Below are positions 7,420 to 16,941 of a DNA stretch of 26,314 nt, in pieces. Where the stretch lies: assembly GCA_029555085.1 (NCBI GenBank), contig JAKPTO010000006.1, positions 1-26,314 on the forward strand, given 5' to 3'. This DNA is from a bacterium (GTDB lineage: Bacteria > Patescibacteriota > Patescibacteriia > UBA1558 > S5-K13). Numbering within the stretch: position 1 is the first letter of the stretch; the number at the start of each line of letters is the position of its first letter. A program made the position numbers and the translations under genes. Below the pieces are notes generated by a model. It was not told the origin of the DNA, searched no databases, and was given only the letters and a program-made list of their open reading frames with translations.

Positions 7420-10400
7420 ATGAGATTTTTAAAAAACAAAAAAAATATAATTGCATTAATTACTTTTGCAGTAATTTTGTTTTTACCTATAATTTCATTT
7501 GCACAACAATTTACTAGGCATGAAATTGGTTATATTCCAGATATTGGTTTGGGTGGAAATATTTCTCCAGAAGAATTGATTGGAAATATAATAAGATTTT
7601 TTCTAGGATTGTTGGGATTTATTGCTCTTATTATAGTAATAATATCTGGCTTCAAGTGGATGACTAGTGGAGGAAATCAGGAAAAAATTTCAAAAGCAAA
7701 GCAAATGCTTGGAGCTGGAATTGTTGGGCTTTTGATTATTTTATTCTCATATATTATAACCACCGTTGTAATGCGCACATTTTTAACAATAACTGATTCA
7801 GGTGGAGGATCAGGTGGACCAGGTGGACCAGATGGACCACAGATAGTCTGTAATCAGACTACATTTGGTCAATGTATGGGTTGTAATTATATTTGTGGTT
7901 ATGAAAATGGTTCCTATCAAGCAGTGTATGATTCAAGTGTTTGTTTCGATGACTGTTCAACAAATCCAGACGACCTAAATTATTTGAAAGTTATATCATT
8001 GAGTCCATCTGGAAATAATGTAAATTTATGTTCAAACATACAAGTTAAATTTAATAAAAATATTAATTTAAATACGGTAAATAAAACAAACTTTCCAATT
8101 TATAAATGTAATAATTTTCCAAATTGTACTTATGCAGATGTCGAATCAGCGTTAGATGGTGAATATTCCCTGGGTTCTAATTCTAGTAAAATTGTAAAAT
8201 TTAACCCAAGTTCTAATTTTGAAGCAAATTCAACATATTGTATAAGCATAACAACCGATGTACAAAGCGTTGAAGGTTTTAGTTTGTTAAGACAAGAAGA
8301 TTCGTGTTTTAGTACTGGCGCGGGCGTAGATAATCAACCTCCAAAAGTTACTGAGGTTTTTCCAAATGTTGACAGTGGTACAGGGAATGATGTTTGTAGA
8401 AATACATATATAAAAGTTGGTTTTTCTAAAGATATGGACGAGGACAGCTTATTAAATTCTAATGCTATTAAATTATACAAAAAGAACGGTAATGTTTATT
8501 CACTTGATAACAGAGAATTTCATCACAGCGTTAATTCTAGCGGAGATCTTATTTTAAGATTAAAATCTGGGGTTTTTGATGAAGATAGTGATTATTCAGT
8601 TGTCTTGATTGGAGATAAAATAAAAGATTCTTGCGATATTACATTGGATGGAAATGAGAATGGCAGTGCAGAAGGTTCTCCGACGGATAATTTTCCACCG
8701 AATACCCCACCAACAAATCACGCTTCTTGGCATTTTATTACTGGTCAAACATATGAATGTAGACCTATTATAAATAGTAATCCCGGATTAGCTCATTATG
8801 ATGGCGGAGATGTTTTAACAATAACAGGCGATTATTTAAATGGGGCCTCGCTAGTTTTCAACAATAATATTAATATTTTTGAAAATAGTGAATCTTGTAT
8901 GGCAGATGCTAATGGTATTGTTAATGTAGCCTGTTCTCCTTCTGCTTGGGATGATAATACAATAAAAGTAAAAGTGCCTACTGAGGCAAGATCAGGAAAT
9001 ATAAAAGTGAATACATTATACGGAGCTACACTCAATACAAGCTTCACTCTTTTAAGTCCAAGAATCAATAATATTTCTCCAAGTATTGGAGGGAAGAATC
9101 AATTTATTACAATAGATGGGGATAATTTTGGAGCGACTCAGGGTACAAGCGAGATTTATTTTAGAAAAGGTAGTCAAAGCATACCAGCAGGATTTCCATG
9201 TGATTATTGGACGAATAATAGAATAATAATTAGCGTTCCGGAATCAATGGCAGATGAGTCATTTGGAGATTGGAATATTCAAATCAAAAAAGTGGGAGAT
9301 GAAGTGCATTGGAGTAATCCAGTAAAATTCACTTTTGATAATAATAGTTCTGCTGGTCCGGGGTTGTGTAGTGTTGGACCAAGGGATGTACATTATGAAG
9401 ATTTATTTACATTAACTGGGGTAAATTTAGGAACATCTTCTGATGAAAGATCAGTGGTTTTAGGTAATCAATATAATCACATTCCTGCAACAGAGGCAGG
9501 ATGGAATTCAGCAGCAACTCAAGTTACTGCAAAAACACCAAATTTACAGTCAGGAAGTGTTGGAGTAAGGGTCGTTGTTGGTACGGGAACAAGTGCAAAA
9601 TATAGCAATTTTCTCTCATTAAATGTATTAGATACAGGGGTTAATGCTTTGAATATATCTTACATAGAACCAGAATCTGGTCCAGTGGGTTCATATGTGA
9701 CTATATATGGAAGCGGATTTGGATCTAGCAGGGGAAATAGTGTTGTAAGATTTAAAACTAGTACAGATAATTGGATTGAGGGAGATTTTGTATTCCCATC
9801 AAGTTGTTCAACAAATTTTTGGAATAATAGCAGAATAATTGTAAAGGTTCCAGATGGGTTTTCTCTAGCCCATGGTTCATCACTTTCTTCTTCTGTTAAG
9901 GTAGTATTGAACGAAGGACAGGCAAATGAAAAAACAAGTAATGAAAAACCATTTGAGATAAATACTCAGCCACTTGCTCCATCTATTTGTGGAATATTAC
10001 CGGCTTCTGCGACAGCTGGTGAAACTGTTAATATTTTTGGGGAATATTTTGGTAATAATAAAGTAACAGCAACATTTCATTATATAAATGGTCAAGGTGA
10101 TAACGTTCTTTCCGGAATACCAACAGCTGATTCTGTGAGTGTTGTGGTTCCAGCAACTCAAACAGGACCAGTTGCTGTTAAGAATGAACATGGATATGGT
10201 AATACGGTTAATTTTGAATATATACAAGGATCTGAAACTCCAACCACTCCTCCGTTTGATTTTTACGGATGGAATTTTACAACATGTGAAAAATGCGGAA
10301 TACCAAGAGTTAGAAGACAGGCCTGTTCATCCGATGGTACATCTTCTCCTACCCCGTTTCCAGGATATCAAGATGTGCCAGTTGATATGAATATTTATGC

Positions 10401-13400
10401 TGAATTTGAATACGCAGATAAAACAGCTGTAAATTTAGATTTTAGTAACGGTGGTGTTAATTTTTATAAATGTTCTAATAATAATCAAAATAATTGTACT
10501 ATTCCAGTATCTTTTGTTCCGACTTATGATTCTGGTGGTGATGGATATACATCGTCAATTACGCTTGATCCAAGAAGCAATCTTGATGCAGGTACTTTAT
10601 ATAAAGTTTCCTTGTCCTCTGAGATTAAAGACTTTGATGGTTCAAGTTTAATTCCATTTGAGTGGTATTTTAAAACAAATTCATCTGGGGGGGCTTGTAA
10701 TGTTGATACGGTTCGTGTTTATCCAGATAGTCAAAGTGTTATTTACGATGCCGGCAAGACAGTTTCTTTTGGCACGCAAGTTTGGGCTTCAGATGGATGT
10801 TATCAATGTGCTAATAATTATCAATATGAGTGGTCTAAAGAAGACCCAAATAATTTAGTTGATTGGGTTAATCCAGGGACTGCCTCAACATCTAAAGTAA
10901 AAATTAATTCAAGTGGTAAGATTGGGAATGTGTTTGTAAATGCAGAAAATTTATCCTTTAATATATCTGATAATTCTCCTGCGCGTTTATCAATAACATT
11001 AGATTGTACAAAATTTAACACTATTGAAAATGAAATTACCAGACAAAATAAATGTTCTGCTAATAATTGTTGTTGGAATGCTCAATCAAATCAGTGCTTA
11101 AATCATGGTAATGCGGTTTGTGGAAAACCATTTGTATTAATTGAAAATTGTATTTCTAGTGGAAATGAAACAACAATGGGTTCTCCATCGCCTCAGTCAA
11201 CAAATACGTATTCTGTTCCTGTTGGAGCTAAAATTTTTGCAAAATTTGCAAAAAGCGGAGGAGAGGTTTCAATGAATGAAAGTACATATAGTGTCTCCGG
11301 AGCAATTAAAGTATATAAGTGTAATTCAGCTAATGGTTTTTTTGACAACAATGCTTGTATGCCATCTGGATTAAACATACAACATGATTCTTCTTTAAGT
11401 AATGGTCAGCAGGTTTTATATAATAAGAACAATGATTTTGATCCAGGTTTTTGGTATAAAGTTGTTTTAAATGAAAATAATAATAATGTTATAAAAGATG
11501 CAACCGGACAACCATTACAAACAAAAACTTGGTGGTTTAAAACAGGTTCAGGATTGTGCAATTCAACAAATGTAGCGGTGAGCGCTGTAAGTAGTACCTT
11601 AGCAGTTGGTGAGAATCAGAAATATACAGCAATTTCTTCCGATAATAATTGTACAGTTTGTAGTAACAATGATGAGTATTATTGGTCAATGACAACTCCA
11701 AATATTGCTCACTTTAATACTAGTACAACTCAGCCCAATATTTTTGTTACAGCAGATAATGTGGGACAAACAAAGATTAAAGCTCAAAATAAGGATTTTC
11801 CTATATTTGGATTAAAAAATTTAAAAGTTGTAAAGAATGTTAATTGTTCTAGTTTAACAAATCAAACAAGTTGTAATAATTCTGGTGCTTGTTGTTGGAG
11901 TAATGTCCAAAATAAATGTTTGCAGGGAGTTGATAATCCAGGGTGTCCAAACACCGGACCATTTAAGGTTCTCTCGGCTTTTCCTACGGAAGATGCTTGT
12001 CCAAATACGGTTATATCAGTAACATTTGATTCTGTTTTAGATTATTTAAGTTTGCAAGATAAAATATTTATAAAATCAGGAAGCGAAGATGTTGATTTTA
12101 GATATTCAGTTTATTTAAACGAATCTGGTCAATCTGTTTTAATAATAGAACCAACATCTGGATTAAAAGTTAATACTTCATATACTGTTTATTTAAATAA
12201 AGGGATAAGATCATCTGGGGGCGGATCTTTAATTTGTTCTGGGGATGCAACAGGTGATAGTTGTTATTCTTGGGGTTTTAAAACTGGAGCCAGTGTTTGT
12301 TCTTTGAGAAAGATAAATATAGTATATCCAGTTAAAAAGTTTTATGAATTTAATAATTTAGATGATCGCCCAACATTTACAGTACAAGGTTTAGATTCTA
12401 GAGGAAATGCAATAACTCAATTACCGGGTGTTTATGATTGGAAATGGAATTGGAGTAGTCAAGATACATCTCTTGTGGATTTTGTACCAGATTCAGATAT
12501 GTTTTTAAGTTCTGCGCAATTCATGGCTAAAAATAAAAACGGGAAAACCACTGTAACTATAACCGCAGAAGAATTAAATCCGCCAGTTGGTTTTAATGGC
12601 TCTCTTGATGATAAAGTTAATGTGGAAGTATTTTTATGTTTAGATCCTTGGAATTTGATGATAGATAATGATTATAATTTTTCTATGAAGTATTGCAAAG
12701 ACGGAGGACTTCCACACTTATCCGTACGAAAAACCTCAAACACTGGAGGTGGATTATTAAGAGAATACATACTTTCATTTAATGAATCAGGTGGGTCAAC
12801 CACTATTAATTATCCAACAAATAATACAATTAATAAGATTGCAAAACTTTCTAGTAATTCATTTGTTTTAAATATATTTTCACAATTTTTTGGTGGATTT
12901 GTAAATAAAATTTTAGGAACAACTGTTTTTGCCGAACAGGAAGATCCAACACAAGATGTTATAGGAATAAGAATATATAAAAATCCTAAACATTTAGATT
13001 CTTATACTTGGTATTATAATTCAGGATATGTTCCAAACCTAGGAAGACCAACAAAAACTAAGATTGATTCGTATAGTGCAGTACAAGAGGGGACAACTGT
13101 GTATGTAAATGCCGGAAATAAGGTTCAGAATAATAATATTGCGGGTTCTTCAAATCCTGCAAACCTTTATACAACAATATATTTAATGTCGCATAATCCA
13201 AACGCAACTAGCATAACAAGAGGGATCATAGCACAATTAAAAAAGAATTGGACATTTAATATAAATCTTACAGAGCCACAAGATAAAATAGATTTAACCC
13301 AGGATGTATTGAGATGGGAACACATTAGAAGTTTTGAAAATATATTGGATAATTACGCTTATTATAATAAATATTGCGCTTATCAAACTAATCCGATTGC

Positions 13401-14367
13401 AGGCAATTGTCCAAGCACAGTAGATTTATCATATAAATGGATTGATGATGATAGTGACGGAGTTATTGAATCTACTGATGGGAATGGGATAATTAATAAT
13501 GGCGAATGCTATAGTATATCAAAAGAAATTAGGTGTTCTGATGATGAATATTGTAAAAATAATGCATTAAAATTTGATAAATGTTTAATGACATATCCAT
13601 TGTTAGAGAGTGGGACATATAAGAAGGGCATGTCTGTTTCTGTTTGGCCATCATGGAGCGAGACTCTGTCATCTGAGGTTGGTGGAATGCTTCCAATTGA
13701 TCCAATAAACAAAATGGCTGGGGAGTGTTCTAATGGTCCTAATGATCCAAGAGATCCAGTAACTTGTTGGGATGCAGTAAATAGTAATTTTATGTGTCCA
13801 GCTGGTTCTCATGTATACATTTACAAATCAAGAGCCGGTGGTTTTGATTTATATACAATGTTTAATAATAATTCTAATACTTCTGCTATTTGGGATGGAG
13901 ATAGTAGTCCGTTTATGCCACAAAATCGTTTTATGTTTGATAATTCAGCAATATGTAATGGTTCTACAAATGCAATGTGTGGAAACAATAGTGATTGTCC
14001 TGGGGATTGTCAGAAATGTAATCTAATAACACACGAGTGCGAGTCCACATGTAGCGCTAATAAACCACATTGTTTTGATCATAGTATCCCAGTTGATTGT
14101 TTAGATGATGTTCATTGTACTGAACCATGTCATAGATGCGATAGCGTAACACACGAATGTGTTAATAATTGTTCTGATGGAAAAATTTGTAGTAATACAA
14201 ATCAATGTGTTCAATGCGTGAGTGATAGGGATTGCACTACTCCATGTTCACGATGCGTAAATAATAATTGTAGACCTTTATGCGCTCCTGATAATTGTAT
14301 AAATAATCACTGTTCTGATTTTTCTTCTGGTGGATTAGAGATTAATAACCCCGATGTAAAACCATAA
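7420..14367 (+). CDS. Giant 2315-aa Cys-rich surface protein: signal peptide, VirB2-like pilin, Big_5-type Ig, ~5 IPT/TIG, duplicated Ig/Cys modules, GspG/type IV pilin-like domain, Cys-rich tail
   Basis: ISFA|Q signal peptide; pilin motif GFKWMTSGGNQEKISKAK; IPT units (PRINNISPSIGGKNQFITIDGDNFG, ISYIEPESGPVGSYVTIYGSGFG); WxFKT Ig ends; DVLR..I...LDNY..YP..LPIDP; C-terminal CxxxxDC repeats. Confidence 0.85.
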   Translation: MRFLKNKKNIIALITFAVILFLPIISFAQQFTRHEIGYIPDIGLGGNISPEELIGNIIRFFLGLLGFIALIIVIISGFKWMTSGGNQEKISKAKQMLGAGIVGLLIILFSYIITTVVMRTFLTITDSGGGSGGPGGPDGPQIVCNQTTFGQCMGCNYICGYENGSYQAVYDSSVCFDDCSTNPDDLNYLKVISLSPSGNNVNLCSNIQVKFNKNINLNTVNKTNFPIYKCNNFPNCTYADVESALDGEYSLGSNSSKIVKFNPSSNFEANSTYCISITTDVQSVEGFSLLRQEDSCFSTGAGVDNQPPKVTEVFPNVDSGTGNDVCRNTYIKVGFSKDMDEDSLLNSNAIKLYKKNGNVYSLDNREFHHSVNSSGDLILRLKSGVFDEDSDYSVVLIGDKIKDSCDITLDGNENGSAEGSPTDNFPPNTPPTNHASWHFITGQTYECRPIINSNPGLAHYDGGDVLTITGDYLNGASLVFNNNINIFENSESCMADANGIVNVACSPSAWDDNTIKVKVPTEARSGNIKVNTLYGATLNTSFTLLSPRINNISPSIGGKNQFITIDGDNFGATQGTSEIYFRKGSQSIPAGFPCDYWTNNRIIISVPESMADESFGDWNIQIKKVGDEVHWSNPVKFTFDNNSSAGPGLCSVGPRDVHYEDLFTLTGVNLGTSSDERSVVLGNQYNHIPATEAGWNSAATQVTAKTPNLQSGSVGVRVVVGTGTSAKYSNFLSLNVLDTGVNALNISYIEPESGPVGSYVTIYGSGFGSSRGNSVVRFKTSTDNWIEGDFVFPSSCSTNFWNNSRIIVKVPDGFSLAHGSSLSSSVKVVLNEGQANEKTSNEKPFEINTQPLAPSICGILPASATAGETVNIFGEYFGNNKVTATFHYINGQGDNVLSGIPTADSVSVVVPATQTGPVAVKNEHGYGNTVNFEYIQGSETPTTPPFDFYGWNFTTCEKCGIPRVRRQACSSDGTSSPTPFPGYQDVPVDMNIYAEFEYADKTAVNLDFSNGGVNFYKCSNNNQNNCTIPVSFVPTYDSGGDGYTSSITLDPRSNLDAGTLYKVSLSSEIKDFDGSSLIPFEWYFKTNSSGGACNVDTVRVYPDSQSVIYDAGKTVSFGTQVWASDGCYQCANNYQYEWSKEDPNNLVDWVNPGTASTSKVKINSSGKIGNVFVNAENLSFNISDNSPARLSITLDCTKFNTIENEITRQNKCSANNCCWNAQSNQCLNHGNAVCGKPFVLIENCISSGNETTMGSPSPQSTNTYSVPVGAKIFAKFAKSGGEVSMNESTYSVSGAIKVYKCNSANGFFDNNACMPSGLNIQHDSSLSNGQQVLYNKNNDFDPGFWYKVVLNENNNNVIKDATGQPLQTKTWWFKTGSGLCNSTNVAVSAVSSTLAVGENQKYTAISSDNNCTVCSNNDEYYWSMTTPNIAHFNTSTTQPNIFVTADNVGQTKIKAQNKDFPIFGLKNLKVVKNVNCSSLTNQTSCNNSGACCWSNVQNKCLQGVDNPGCPNTGPFKVLSAFPTEDACPNTVISVTFDSVLDYLSLQDKIFIKSGSEDVDFRYSVYLNESGQSVLIIEPTSGLKVNTSYTVYLNKGIRSSGGGSLICSGDATGDSCYSWGFKTGASVCSLRKINIVYPVKKFYEFNNLDDRPTFTVQGLDSRGNAITQLPGVYDWKWNWSSQDTSLVDFVPDSDMFLSSAQFMAKNKNGKTTVTITAEELNPPVGFNGSLDDKVNVEVFLCLDPWNLMIDNDYNFSMKYCKDGGLPHLSVRKTSNTGGGLLREYILSFNESGGSTTINYPTNNTINKIAKLSSNSFVLNIFSQFFGGFVNKILGTTVFAEQEDPTQDVIGIRIYKNPKHLDSYTWYYNSGYVPNLGRPTKTKIDSYSAVQEGTTVYVNAGNKVQNNNIAGSSNPANLYTTIYLMSHNPNATSITRGIIAQLKKNWTFNINLTEPQDKIDLTQDVLRWEHIRSFENILDNYAYYNKYCAYQTNPIAGNCPSTVDLSYKWIDDDSDGVIESTDGNGIINNGECYSISKEIRCSDDEYCKNNALKFDKCLMTYPLLESGTYKKGMSVSVWPSWSETLSSEVGGMLPIDPINKMAGECSNGPNDPRDPVTCWDAVNSNFMCPAGSHVYIYKSRAGGFDLYTMFNNNSNTSAIWDGDSSPFMPQNRFMFDNSAICNGSTNAMCGNNSDCPGDCQKCNLITHECESTCSANKPHCFDHSIPVDCLDDVHCTEPCHRCDSVTHECVNNCSDGKICSNTNQCVQCVSDRDCTTPCSRCVNNNCRPLCAPDNCINNHCSDFSSGGLEINNPDVKP

Positions 14368-14422
14368 GTGACATTTGATCTTTGAATAAATTAAATAATA
14401 TCAATAATTCAAATAAAAAAAT

Positions 14423-15631
14423 ATGTTCGACGATTTAAATCAAAATAATAATGGACAAGTAAATGCTCCAAATAACCAGAGCGATATAAACAATGCTGAC
14501 TCTCTAGATTTTTTACAAGATAATTCTAATGTTAATTATCAAGACAAATTAAAGAACAATTCATTTGTTGATTCTAGTCCAGCTGAGGATATGTTTGCTA
14601 GCACAGATAGAGACAATGTTGATGCAAGAACATCAAATGTTTTTGTAAAAACAGAAAACTCTGGACCAGCACCAGTTAATCCAATAACAGATTATTCTCA
14701 GTTTGTATCAGAAGTTGAAAATTCTAATACTGGTAAAGTTAGACCAATATTTTTTATTATAGGGACGATTGTTTTATTAGCTATTTTAGGAAGCGGTGGA
14801 TATTTTGTTTATTTAAAGTATTTTAAAAATAATACTTCTGTAAAAGAAGCAGAAATCAATACCCCAGTAGAAAATATAGATCTTAATAATGAAAATACTG
14901 AAACTCCAGAAGGTATTAATATTAACGAATCAGCAATAATAGAAGATACAGATGGAGATGGATTGAAGGATGAGGATGAAAAAATACTTGGAACAGATCC
15001 AAATAATCCAGACACGGATGGAGATGGGTTGTATGATAGAGAAGAAGTTATGATTTATAATACAGATCCACTAAACGAAGATACAGATGGAGACGGATAT
15101 AAAGACGGGGAGGAGGTAAGGAATGGTTATAATCCATTGGGAGAGGGCAGATTATTGAATCTTGATTTGATTACTTCAGAAAATGATGAACAAGAATCTA
15201 TTCAGGAAAAAAAGTTATTACCCACTAATATAGATATGAATTTATGGAAAAGTTATTCCGATAAAAAACTAAATATAGCGTTTAAATATCCACCTTCTTG
15301 GAACATAGAAACAAAAAATAATATTATAACTTTGTCTGGATCAGAGGGCGATATAGCAAGTTTAGAAATAAGAGATAATAAATTAAATTTAGATTTAATT
15401 GATTGGATTACAACGCAAAGCGATTTTCCAAATTTTAGACAACAGGAAATAATTGTAAACAGTTTAAAATCTCTCGCAGTAAGTAGTTCTGATTATAATT
15501 GGAAAGCAACCCAGTCAATTTTTTTGCCAGGAGAAAAGAAAGTTTTTTGTTTTAATTATTTAAATAAAAAAGTTAATGATGGAGAATTTAAAGAATTTCA
15601 GGAAATAGTAATGTCTTTTTCGTATTCATAG
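14423..15631 (+). CDS. Single-pass membrane protein with bacterial thrombospondin type-3-like Ca-binding repeats and a PsbP-like C-terminal domain
   Basis: Low-complexity N-terminus, TM IFFIIGTIVLLAILGSGGYFVYL, three DTDGDG(L/Y)xDxxE repeats, then WKSYSDKKLNIAFKYPPSW. Confidence 0.75.
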   Translation: MFDDLNQNNNGQVNAPNNQSDINNADSLDFLQDNSNVNYQDKLKNNSFVDSSPAEDMFASTDRDNVDARTSNVFVKTENSGPAPVNPITDYSQFVSEVENSNTGKVRPIFFIIGTIVLLAILGSGGYFVYLKYFKNNTSVKEAEINTPVENIDLNNENTETPEGININESAIIEDTDGDGLKDEDEKILGTDPNNPDTDGDGLYDREEVMIYNTDPLNEDTDGDGYKDGEEVRNGYNPLGEGRLLNLDLITSENDEQESIQEKKLLPTNIDMNLWKSYSDKKLNIAFKYPPSWNIETKNNIITLSGSEGDIASLEIRDNKLNLDLIDWITTQSDFPNFRQQEIIVNSLKSLAVSSSDYNWKATQSIFLPGEKKVFCFNYLNKKVNDGEFKEFQEIVMSFSYS

Positions 15632-15662
15632 TTTACAAAAAATAATTTTAGAATAACATAAT

Positions 15663-16934
15663 ATGTTTGAGTCAGATAATAAAATTAGTTCATTGAATCA
15701 ATCAAATTTAGAGCCACAAACTTATGAAGTGGTAAATTCTACGCAGGATGATTCTATGTATTATATGCCGGATAAATTTCTGAAACCAGAAAAAACTAAA
15801 CAAGGTGGTGGTTTATTTTTAAAAATATTAATAGTTCTTTTATTAATTGGAGTTTTGTCAGTCGGAGCTTTTGCTTTTTATATTTTAAAATTGAAAGACG
15901 ACAATACTACAATTACTAACAATGAAGAAGTTTTAAATTTAGAAAAAAAACCTCAAGAGCAAGAAGAAGAGAAAGAGGTGGATAATTTAGATACGCCAGA
16001 AGGAAGAGATAAAAAAAGAATAGAGGATATACAAACTTTAGTTTCATCAATTTCGTTATATTTTTCAAGAAATAAGAATTATCCAGGATCATTAAACGCA
16101 CAAGCTTTAAATCTAAAACAATTACCAGTTGACCCAAGTGGAGGAGTTTATACTTATATTTTAGATTCTAGTGGAAGAGATTATAAATTAATATTCACTC
16201 TTGAATACGGAGCTAATTTTGGTGATCAAGCTTTATTAAGTGGTGAATATCAAATTAATTCTAGGGGAATTATAGATGAATATAAAGAAGATGAGGAAAA
16301 TCAGGAAGATGAGAACTATAAAAATAATAAAGACAACACAGAAAATGATAATTCTGGTATTTTCAAAATTCCACCAAGTGGTCCAGATGAAGATAATGAC
16401 GGACTTACAAATGCAGAGGAATTATTATTTGGAACAGAAATTGGTATAGCAGATACAGATTCTGATGGTTATTCTGATTCGGATGAAATTGAAAATTTAT
16501 ATGATCCATTAAGTAAAACCGGTAAACTTGCCGATAATGTTGTATTAGCAAAAGTTTTATATAATGAATCACAGAATTATTCTATTCTATACCCAGCAAA
16601 ATGGACTTTTGAACACAGAACTTCTGATTTTAAACAAACAGTTTTTTATGGCGACAGGAACGACGACTTCTTTTTGATAGAAGCTTATGATAACTCACAA
16701 GACCTTTCTCTCTCAAATTGGTATTTGAGCTATTCCCCCGGCGCCAAAACAGAAGATTTGTTAGTTTTTAGCGGAGAAAAAATGGATGGCTTATCTACGA
16801 AAGATGGTATGAATGTTTATTATTCTATTAATAACAAGGTTTATGTTCTTTCATATAAAGTTTTAAATGAAAAGGAATTAAATTATTATTCTACATTTTT
16901 GATGTTTGCAAGAAGTTTTAGAGAAATGAAATAA
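15663..16934 (+). CDS. Single-pass membrane protein with a GspG/type IV pilin-like globular domain, TSP3-like repeats and a PsbP-like domain
   Basis: TM helix; RDKKRIEDIQTLVSSISLYFSRNKNYPGSL..LPVDPSGGVYTY..DYKLIFTLE; DEDNDGLTNAEE and DTDSDGYSDSDE; YNESQNYSILYPAKW. Confidence 0.75.
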   Translation: MFESDNKISSLNQSNLEPQTYEVVNSTQDDSMYYMPDKFLKPEKTKQGGGLFLKILIVLLLIGVLSVGAFAFYILKLKDDNTTITNNEEVLNLEKKPQEQEEEKEVDNLDTPEGRDKKRIEDIQTLVSSISLYFSRNKNYPGSLNAQALNLKQLPVDPSGGVYTYILDSSGRDYKLIFTLEYGANFGDQALLSGEYQINSRGIIDEYKEDEENQEDENYKNNKDNTENDNSGIFKIPPSGPDEDNDGLTNAEELLFGTEIGIADTDSDGYSDSDEIENLYDPLSKTGKLADNVVLAKVLYNESQNYSILYPAKWTFEHRTSDFKQTVFYGDRNDDFFLIEAYDNSQDLSLSNWYLSYSPGAKTEDLLVFSGEKMDGLSTKDGMNVYYSINNKVYVLSYKVLNEKELNYYSTFLMFARSFREMK

Positions 16935-16941
16935 TAATAAA

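Noticed and set aside
8832-14026. Short alternative-frame and antisense ORFs within the giant gene (8832, 9997, 10139, 10451, 10658, 10821, 11193, 13509, 13811)
   Set aside because: They are 60-83 aa shadows fully inside a coherent 2315-aa frame and have no recognisable motifs.
15800-15880. Type IV prepilin N-terminal helix in the 15663 gene (QGGGLFLKILIVLLLIGVLS)
   Set aside because: It lacks F+1 and the E+5 residue and is separated from the globular domain by an acidic spacer. It was treated as an ordinary TM anchor.
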